Part shown: in pieces, positions 28,109 to 34,410 of the stretch
Layout of the letters: every line of letters starts with the position of its first letter
How positions within the stretch are numbered: position 1 is the stretch's first letter
Assembly (NCBI GenBank): GCA_963662235.1
Contig: OY759308.1
Span: 927,070-991,069, forward strand
Reading direction: 5' to 3'
Length of the DNA: 64,000 nt
From: Desulfobacterales bacterium
GTDB lineage: Bacteria; Desulfobacterota; Desulfobacteria; Desulfobacterales; G963662235
The notes under the pieces: generated by a model
What the model was told of the DNA's origin: nothing
Database searches by the model: none
The model's input: the letters and a program-made list of their open reading frames with translations, nothing else
Made by a program: the position numbers and the translations under genes

Positions 28109-28379
28109 AATTTTTTTTCTCCTTTTAATAGCTTTGAATAATCATTTTGTTGAAACTTTAATTATTCAGAGTTTCCATTATATCTATTTTAAAATTTATT
28201 AAACAAAATATAATTAGATTAAATAAAATAAATTATACATATCTAACTTTAAAAGCGTAAGCTATTACAATTTTGGTTTACTTTCTGTCAAGTGTTTTTT
28301 TAAAAATATATACTATTTCATCTTTTTTATGGTGCAGCGGCAATTTTTACAGTTCCTTTAACAAAAAAATGCTTTGCTT

Positions 28380-29633
28380 TTAGTTCTTATTAATTGTTCC
28401 GCCTTTATTACTTCCCCAAATTGCCTGAGATACACTATGTAAGCTGGAATTTGATAGCATATGAAGTTTTTTTTTATGTTTTTTTGCCAAGCTTTTAATA
28501 ATAGAACAAGCACCATGGCTGTTACAGTTAACAGGACAAACAACCATATCAGCACGTTTAAGACATGCTTCTAATTTTTTTGGTTTTTTTTTTACATAAC
28601 CACTATGGTAATCAAAGACACCGCCACTTTTTTCAATTACTTCTCTATATAAAGCTTCCATACCCTGTAATCCGCCAACAAGTAATATACGTTTTTTACA
28701 AAGGTCAAATGAAGGACAACTTGCATCACAACTGTTACTATGAAAAAATTGCGTTACTGTTTTTTTCATTTTGTTTTTTATGAGTTGATTTATTTTTTTT
28801 TGTTGTTCTATCTCTATCAATAATTGTAGATTTTTTTCTTTTAAAGAAGTTATTGAATCTTGGCTGTTTTGAATATTTAATTTTGCTTTTAGAAGTTTTT
28901 TATTTATAGTCTCTTTTTTTTGTTCATTTTTTCCGTAGTTGTATTTGTTGTTTGATGTAACAAGTTTTTCTTTTAACTCATTCTTTTCTTGTTCAGTTGC
29001 ACACAATATTTTTTTAATTTCTTCTTTATCTTTTTTTAGAATTTTATTTTCTTTTTGAAGCGTACGCCTTAATTTTATGTTTCCTTTTGTTTCTTCATAT
29101 AGCTTGTCAATTTTTTCTTGTTGTTTGAAAATTTTTTGTTTGAGCTTTAATATATTATCGTTGTTTAGAAATGTAGCCATATGAATCTCTCCATATATCT
29201 CTCTTTTTGTTTCAGCAGACAAATTTGGGTTTATAGCTGTTGCCCACATAACACCTGCATAATCTCCTGCTTCAAAAGCAATTTTAAAATAGTTTTGGAA
29301 CTCATTTTCACTTAACCCCAATAAAGATTCTTTCTCTCTTTTAAATTTACATTTTAATATATTATCTATTTTTTGGGATAAATCGTTTTTACTATTTAAG
29401 CTTGAAATTAATATTTCATGAATTTCGAAATAGCTTTTTTTCTTAATTGGTATATTTATTTTTTTGAGTAATTTTTTTTGTTCAGAATGTGTAAGACAGA
29501 TTCCCATTATTGGACATTTAAAAAAACCATCAACTTCCCAAAGTTTTAAAAGGTCTTTTTTTATTTTATCATTCTTATCTGTTTCATTTAAAGAATGATT
29601 TTTTTGTAATTTGTGTTGTAATTTTTTTAACAT
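28380..29633 (-). CDS. Hypothetical coiled-coil protein with Cys motifs and a C-terminal DUF2325-like domain
   Basis: 417 aa. The N-terminus contains FFKCPIMGICLTHSEQKKL. The central ~150 aa are K/E/Q-rich coiled coil. Then comes SNSCDASCPSFDLCKKR, then ILLVGGLQGMEALYREVIEKSGGVFDYHSG...ADMVVCPVNCNSHGACSIIKSLAKK, which resembles DUF2325. Confidence 0.5.
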   Translation of the reverse strand: MLKKLQHKLQKNHSLNETDKNDKIKKDLLKLWEVDGFFKCPIMGICLTHSEQKKLLKKINIPIKKKSYFEIHEILISSLNSKNDLSQKIDNILKCKFKREKESLLGLSENEFQNYFKIAFEAGDYAGVMWATAINPNLSAETKREIYGEIHMATFLNNDNILKLKQKIFKQQEKIDKLYEETKGNIKLRRTLQKENKILKKDKEEIKKILCATEQEKNELKEKLVTSNNKYNYGKNEQKKETINKKLLKAKLNIQNSQDSITSLKEKNLQLLIEIEQQKKINQLIKNKMKKTVTQFFHSNSCDASCPSFDLCKKRILLVGGLQGMEALYREVIEKSGGVFDYHSGYVKKKPKKLEACLKRADMVVCPVNCNSHGACSIIKSLAKKHKKKLHMLSNSSLHSVSQAIWGSNKGGTINKN

Positions 29634-29673
29634 ATATTTATTAGTCCATCTATTATTATATATATCTTAATAT

Positions 29674-29689
29674 ATTAGAATATTCTAAT
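29674..29689. promoter_or_regulatory. Perfect palindromic operator ATTAGAATATTCTAAT (candidate DtxR-family box)
   Basis: The 14-bp core TTAGAATATTCTAA (29675-29688) is identical to the site at 30320-30333. It lies about 40 nt upstream of the 29633 start codon and overlaps TATATT/TATAAT-like -10 hexamers on the minus strand. Confidence 0.6.
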
Positions 29690-29700
29690 TTTTTTAACAC

Positions 29701-29729
29701 AAAAAAACCACCATATTTAGGTGGTTTTT
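29701..29729 (-). terminator. Rho-independent terminator after the DtxR-like gene
   Basis: AAAAACCACC / GGTGGTTTTT stem, with a T-run on the minus strand. Confidence 0.7.
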
Positions 29730-29744
29730 AAGTTCATTTTTTAT

Positions 29745-30290
29745 TTAAGATTGTTTTTTATTTAATTTTTGAATTTTATTTTTAAATTCCTTAGAAAACT
29801 TTTCTTCTTGCATATTGCATTTCTCAGGAGTGCAACCATTTTCCCTATATTCGTTAAAATGTTTAAGCCAACTCTCTCCTGCTCTGGGGCAAGTTTGTAT
29901 AAAATTCATAAAGTCTGTTAAACAGCTTAAAGTGTCACTACTTAAGGTGTGTTCCATTTTACAAGCTTCTTCATCAGCAATTGCAGTTTTAATTTTCAAA
30001 ATATCAGTTAAAAAAACTTTTAACACTTCATGGCGTCGCCTCATCTCTTTCCCTATTTTTAAACCAGCATTTGTAAGTTCCACGTATTCATACTTTTCAT
30101 AATCTACAAGATTTCTATTCTTTAAAGTTTTAAGCATACTTGAAACGGTTGGCATTTTGACATTCATTTGTTTAGCAATATCTTTAACTCTAACAACTTT
30201 TTTTGTTTGAGTTAAATCAAAAATAGCCTCTAAATAATCTTCCATAACAGAAGTTAAAGCACTTTCTTTTGTTTTATTTTTTACTACCAT
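29745..30290 (-). CDS. DtxR/IdeR-family metal-dependent transcriptional repressor
   Basis: MEDYLEAIF..., HTH VRVKDIAKQMNVKMPTVSSMLKTL, RRHEVLKVFL, and EACKMEHTLS, which matches the DtxR primary-site motif EACRWEH (Cys/Glu/His ligands). The C-terminal tail has extra Cys residues (TCPRAG...GCTPEKC). Confidence 0.8.
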   Translation of the reverse strand: MVVKNKTKESALTSVMEDYLEAIFDLTQTKKVVRVKDIAKQMNVKMPTVSSMLKTLKNRNLVDYEKYEYVELTNAGLKIGKEMRRRHEVLKVFLTDILKIKTAIADEEACKMEHTLSSDTLSCLTDFMNFIQTCPRAGESWLKHFNEYRENGCTPEKCNMQEEKFSKEFKNKIQKLNKKQS

Positions 30291-30319
30291 ATTTTTTATT
30301 ACCTTAAAGTTAAAAAAAG

Positions 30320-30333
30320 TTAGAATATTCTAA
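30320..30333. promoter_or_regulatory. Perfect palindromic operator TTAGAATATTCTAA in the divergent promoter region
   Basis: Identical to the core at 29675-29688. Lies 30 nt upstream of the repressor start codon (30290, minus strand) and about 190 nt upstream of the plus-strand gene at 30523. Confidence 0.6.
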
Positions 30334-30446
30334 TAGTTAAATAGTTGATATTTGTCAAGTCTATGTTAAAAGCCTACTTGTCTTGCTTTTACAATAGTAA
30401 AAGTGTAGGGCATTTAATTCGTTTGGATTTAAAAAAGATTAAAAAT

Positions 30447-30505
30447 GAGACCTTTGTACATAGCTCTATTTCTAAAAGTATAAGGTTAAGTTATGTTATG
30501 GTCTC
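30447..30505. repeat. Family-A palindromic element in the 5' leader of the Fe-S protein gene
   Basis: GAGACCTTTGTACATAGCTCTATTTCT...TATGTTATGGTCTC. The left arm matches the copies at 63946 and 1898. Confidence 0.6.
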
Positions 30506-30522
30506 TCTAAAGGATAATTGTT

Positions 30523-31782
30523 ATGGGACATATAGTAGCAAAAGAGTATAAAAAACTTGGCAAAACAATAGATTCTCTTTCTGTACGGGTTGCACTTAAT
30601 GATACTTTTTATGAAATTCTAAAAGAGCTTTATACTCCTGAAGAGGCAGATTTTTTGGTTAAAATGCCTTACTCTTTTTCAAGTTTTAACAAAATAAAGA
30701 AAGTTACAAAATATGATGAAGCAAAAGTAAAAAAACTTCTTAACTCTCTTTGCGGAAAAGGTCTTGTAATGGATATCGCATCGAGAGGGAAAAACTACTA
30801 TATGATATCGCCAATGGTTATTGGTATATTTGAATTTACAATGATGAGAACAGGAAGCGATTTTGATGTAAAAAAGCTCTCAAAACTTTTTTATAGCTAT
30901 ATGGTTGAAGACGATTCGTTTTTTTCAAAAAATTTTAAAAATGGTGAAACTTCAACTTTTATGAGAACAATCCCTCATAATGAAGCTATTGATGAAAGTT
31001 TTACTGAAATTTTAAGTTATGAGAATGCTCTTGAAATAGTAGAGCAAGCAAAAAAAATATCTATTGGGATTTGCTCTTGTCGTCATGAAAAGCTCCATTT
31101 AGATAAAGTGTGTAAAGCTCCTCTTGATACTTGTACCTCTTTTGATAAATCGGCCGATTTTTTAATACGTAAAAATCTTTCAAGGGCGGTATCAAAAGAA
31201 GAGATGAAAGAGAAACTTATTAGGTCAAGAGAGGCAGGGCTTGTCTTTAATGGAGATAATGTCCAGAAAAACTTTTCTTATATTTGTCATTGTTGTAAGT
31301 GCTGTTGTCACCTTTTTACAGGCTTTAATAAACACGGTCTTTCAAATGTTGTTGTTAGTTCTAACTATATAGCAAAAACAGATGAAGAAAAATGTATAGG
31401 TTGCGGTCTTTGTGAAATTGTATGTCCTGCAAATGCGATAAAAATGGTTGAAGATGAGAATGGTAAAAAAAAACCTGTTGTTGATGAAAATTTTTGTCTG
31501 GGTTGTGGTGTTTGTAATGTAAAATGTAAGGAAAAAGCTATAACTCTTTTCCCAAAAGAAAAAAGAGTTATTCCACCAGAATCTGCTCTTGAAAGAATAA
31601 TCTTGCAATGTTTAGAAAGAAATACTCTTCAATATCAACTTTTTGACGACCCAAACAAGATGACACATAAATTTGCAAGAGTTATGGTTGGAAGTTTTCT
31701 AAAACTTTCTCCTGTTAAAAAAGCTCTTATGAGTGATTTATTAAGATCACGGTTTTTTAATTTTTTAAAAGGTAAAAGATAA
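30523..31782 (+). CDS. 4Fe-4S dicluster domain protein with additional Cys-rich motifs (function unknown)
   Basis: CIGCGLCEIVCPANAI and CLGCGVCNVKCKEKAI ferredoxin motifs, plus CSCRHEKLHLDKVCKAPLDTC and CHCCKCCCH. Confidence 0.6.
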   Translation: MGHIVAKEYKKLGKTIDSLSVRVALNDTFYEILKELYTPEEADFLVKMPYSFSSFNKIKKVTKYDEAKVKKLLNSLCGKGLVMDIASRGKNYYMISPMVIGIFEFTMMRTGSDFDVKKLSKLFYSYMVEDDSFFSKNFKNGETSTFMRTIPHNEAIDESFTEILSYENALEIVEQAKKISIGICSCRHEKLHLDKVCKAPLDTCTSFDKSADFLIRKNLSRAVSKEEMKEKLIRSREAGLVFNGDNVQKNFSYICHCCKCCCHLFTGFNKHGLSNVVVSSNYIAKTDEEKCIGCGLCEIVCPANAIKMVEDENGKKKPVVDENFCLGCGVCNVKCKEKAITLFPKEKRVIPPESALERIILQCLERNTLQYQLFDDPNKMTHKFARVMVGSFLKLSPVKKALMSDLLRSRFFNFLKGKR

Positions 31783-31824
31783 TTGGTTTAGTATCTATGG
31801 GAAATAATTAAGGAATAAAAATAA

Positions 31825-32931
31825 ATGGTAAAAAGAAACGTTTCAAGATTTCTTGCTTCAAAAAAAGGCATAATTTTAGTGGGTGCCTGCATAGGAGTTT
31901 TGGCATCTACACTTCAAAAATTTGGAAACCCTCCTAATATGGGGATTTGTGTTGCTTGTTTTTTAAGGGATATTTCGGGTGCTTTAGGTTTTCATAGAGC
32001 AGGTGTTGTTCAATATATGAGACCTGAAATTATAGGGTTTATATTGGGTTCTACAATTACTTCTTTGATTTATAAGGAGTTTAAAGCAAGAAATGGTTCA
32101 GCACCTCTTGTTAGATTTTGTCTTGGTGCTTGTGCAATGATTGGTGCGCTTGCTTTTTTAGGTTGTCCTTGGAGGACAGTTCTAAGGCTCGCTGGTGGAG
32201 ATTTGAACGCTATTTTAGGGCTTCTTGGCTTAACAACTGGGATTGCAATTGGCGACCAATTTTTAAAATATGGTTACAATCTTGGCAAAACTACTAAGAC
32301 TTATGTAGCAGGGGGTTTTATAGTTCCTTTCTTTGCACTTCTTTTTTTAGTTCTTCTTTTTTTTAAATCTAAAGGAATTCTTTTTTTTAGCACAAAAGGT
32401 CCAGGAGCTATGCACGCCTGTATAGGTATTTCAATTCTATTTGGTTTAATAATAGGTTTTTTACTTCAAAGAACAAGATTTTGTACAATGGGTTCAATAA
32501 GAGATGTCTTGCTCGTTGGAGATGTGCATTTAATGAGTGGGCTTATTTCACTTTTCGTTTTCGCTTTTTTAACAAATTTGCTTTACGGACAAGTCCATTT
32601 TGGTTTTAGACTTCAACCTATTGCTCATACAGCTCATCTTTGGAATTTTCTTGGGATGACTCTTGCTGGTCTGGCATTTGTTCTTGCAGGGGGTTGCCCC
32701 GGTAGACAGCTTATTTTATCTGGAGAAGGCGATATGGATGCTGGCGTTTTTGTATTGGGTATGATTGCTGGTGCTGGTTTTGCTCACAATTTTGGTCTCG
32801 CAGGTGTTCCTGATAAATTGATAAATAATGTTGTTCAGGTAGGTGGTATATCTTTAAGTGGTAAGATAGTTGTTGTTTCAGGTATACTTTTTTGTATGAT
32901 GATTGGTTATTTTATGAGGGAGAAAATTTAA
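31825..32931 (+). CDS. YedE/YeeE-family membrane protein (sulfur/selenium compound transport)
   Basis: 368 aa, polytopic, with the conserved Cys-containing loops GICVACF, LGCPWR, RFCTMGS and GGCPGRQL typical of YeeE/YedE. Followed by a TusA-like gene. Confidence 0.75.
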   Translation: MVKRNVSRFLASKKGIILVGACIGVLASTLQKFGNPPNMGICVACFLRDISGALGFHRAGVVQYMRPEIIGFILGSTITSLIYKEFKARNGSAPLVRFCLGACAMIGALAFLGCPWRTVLRLAGGDLNAILGLLGLTTGIAIGDQFLKYGYNLGKTTKTYVAGGFIVPFFALLFLVLLFFKSKGILFFSTKGPGAMHACIGISILFGLIIGFLLQRTRFCTMGSIRDVLLVGDVHLMSGLISLFVFAFLTNLLYGQVHFGFRLQPIAHTAHLWNFLGMTLAGLAFVLAGGCPGRQLILSGEGDMDAGVFVLGMIAGAGFAHNFGLAGVPDKLINNVVQVGGISLSGKIVVVSGILFCMMIGYFMREKI

Positions 32932-32934
32932 ATA

Positions 32935-33143
32935 TGAAAACAATAGATGCAACAGGCTTATCGTGTCCTCAACCAGTTCTTATGACTATTCAAGCAATAA
33001 AAAAGGGAGAGACCGAAATTAAAGTTATTGTAGATAATAACACTTCCTATGAAAATGTTAAAAGGTGCGGTGAAAATAACGGTTTTGAAGTAAAAGCAGA
33101 AGAAGGCGAAAACGAGCTGATAACAGTTTTTTTAAATAAATAA
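32935..33143 (+). CDS. TusA/SirA-family sulfurtransferase (YedF/YeeD-like)
   Basis: MKTIDATGLSCPQPVLMT has the CPxP active-site motif. The start is taken at ATG 32935, just after the YedE stop, not at the track start 32892. Confidence 0.8.
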
Positions 33144-33168
33144 TTTTTTTTAGATAACTTATTATATT

Positions 33169-33191
33169 GAGACTTCTACATAGAAGGTCTC
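33169..33191. repeat. Minimal family-A-like hairpin
   Basis: GAGACTTCTACATAGAAGGTCTC, flanked by TATATT...ATAAAC like the 1893-1966 copy. Confidence 0.45.
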
Positions 33192-33215
33192 ATAAACTTA
33201 GAAAGGGTAACTATT

Positions 33216-33755
33216 ATGATAAAAAAAGAAGAAGCCGTTTTACTCGTAATTGACATTCAGGGAAAACTTGCAACTTTAATGCATAATAAAGAAAATCTTT
33301 ATCGCTCTCTTCAAACTGTCATACAAGCATTTAAAATTATGGAAATACCTATAATTTGGGTAGAACAAATTCCTGAAAAGTTAGGTAAGACTGTTGATGA
33401 AGTTAGCTCTTTGTTACAAAACGACACTTCAATCAAAAAGCATACCTTTAGCTGTTATCAAAATGATGAATTCAAAAACAAACTTGAAAGCTACAACAGA
33501 AAACAAATTTTAGTTACGGGTATAGAAACACATATTTGTATATATCAAACAACAATGGAACTTTTGCAAAATGGTTATGAAGTTGAAATAGTAGCCGATG
33601 CTGTGTCATCAAGAGAGTATGAAAATAAAAGAATTGCACTTGAAAAGATAGTAAATGCTGGAGGTAAGCTAACAACAACTGAAATGTTAGTTTTTGAGCT
33701 TTTAAAAAGTGCTGATGATAGTAACTTTAAAAAGATTGTACCTCTTCTAAAGTAA
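33216..33755 (+). CDS. Isochorismatase-family cysteine hydrolase
   Basis: AVLLVIDIQGKL... and VTGIETHICIYQT (catalytic Cys context). 179 aa. Confidence 0.75.
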   Translation: MIKKEEAVLLVIDIQGKLATLMHNKENLYRSLQTVIQAFKIMEIPIIWVEQIPEKLGKTVDEVSSLLQNDTSIKKHTFSCYQNDEFKNKLESYNRKQILVTGIETHICIYQTTMELLQNGYEVEIVADAVSSREYENKRIALEKIVNAGGKLTTTEMLVFELLKSADDSNFKKIVPLLK

Positions 33756-33779
33756 AATAGAGAAATTTTATTCTGGTGG
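33744..33779 (+). repeat. 36-bp direct repeat, copy 1 (left flank of the tandem array)
   Basis: CTTCTAAAGTAAAATAGAGAAATTTTATTCTGGTGG is identical to 34375-34410. It contains the hydrolase stop codon. Confidence 0.95.
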
Positions 33780-33785
33780 CCGCTT

Positions 33786-34370
33786 CGACAAGCTCAGCGA
33801 CCTATCGACAAGCTCAGCGACCTATCGACAAGCTCAGCGACCTTTCGACAAGCTCAGCGACCTATCGACAAGCTCAGCGACCTTTCGACAAGCTCAGCGA
33901 CCTTTCGACAAGCTCAGCGACCTTTCGACAAGCTCAGCGACCTTTCGACAAGCTCAGCGACCTATCGACAAGCTCAGCGACCCATCGACAAGCTCAGCGA
34001 CCTATCGACAAGCTCAGCGACCCATCGACAAGCTCAGCGACCTATTGACAAACTCAGCGACCTATCGACAAGTTCAGCGACCTATTGACAAGCTCAGCGA
34101 CCTATCGACAAGCTCAGCGACCTATCGACAAGCTCAGCGACCTATTGACAAACTCAGCGACCTATTGACAAACTCAACGACCTATTGACAAGCTCAGCGA
34201 CCTATTGACAAACTCAACGACCTATTGACAAGCTCAGCGACCTATTGACAAACTCAACGACCTATCGACAAGCTCAGCGACCTATTGACAAGCTCAGCGA
34301 CCTTTCGACAAGCTCAGCGACCTTTCGACAAGCTCAGCGACCTTTCGACAAGCTCAGCGACCCGACCTAT
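33786..34370 (+). repeat. Tandem array of 29 copies of a 20-bp unit (consensus CGACAAGCTCAGCGACCTAT)
   Basis: Counted directly. Units begin every 20 nt from 33786 to 34346. Variants are tails of TAT, TTT or CAT, and TGACAAACTCAACGA-type cores. There are no spacers. Confidence 0.95.
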
Positions 34371-34374
34371 CAAA

Positions 34375-34410
34375 CTTCTAAAGTAAAATAGAGAAATTTT
34401 ATTCTGGTGG
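34375..34410 (+). repeat. 36-bp direct repeat, copy 2 (right flank of the tandem array)
   Basis: Identical to 33744-33779. It contains the pheT stop codon and last codons (minus strand). Confidence 0.95.

Noticed and set aside
28131-28151. Fur-box-like sequence GAATAATCATTTT upstream of the second porin gene
   Set aside because: Only a 9-nt half (ATAATCATT) matches the Fur consensus and the other half does not. Such matches are expected by chance in AT-rich DNA.
30345-30551. 68-aa ORF in the divergent promoter region
   Set aside because: It spans the promoter region and a family-A repeat, overlaps the start of the downstream gene, and has no RBS or recognisable motif.
32892-32934. Longer TusA ORF start overlapping the YedE 3' end
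   Set aside because: The ATG at 32935, directly after the YedE stop, yields the canonical MKTIDATGLSCPQP N-terminus. The upstream extension is the YedE C-terminal region read in another frame.
33776-34048. 90-aa ORF with a striking 20-residue periodic sequence (STSSATYRQAQRPIDKLSDL...)
   Set aside because: It is the mechanical translation of the 20-bp tandem repeat, with 60-nt periodicity. It starts at a GTG inside the duplicated junction, has no ribosome-binding site, and stops as soon as a repeat variant introduces TGA. It is not a credible gene.
33786-34370. Possible CRISPR array
   Set aside because: The repeats are directly abutting with no unique spacers. The 20-bp unit is shorter than CRISPR repeats. 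No cas genes or leader are present.
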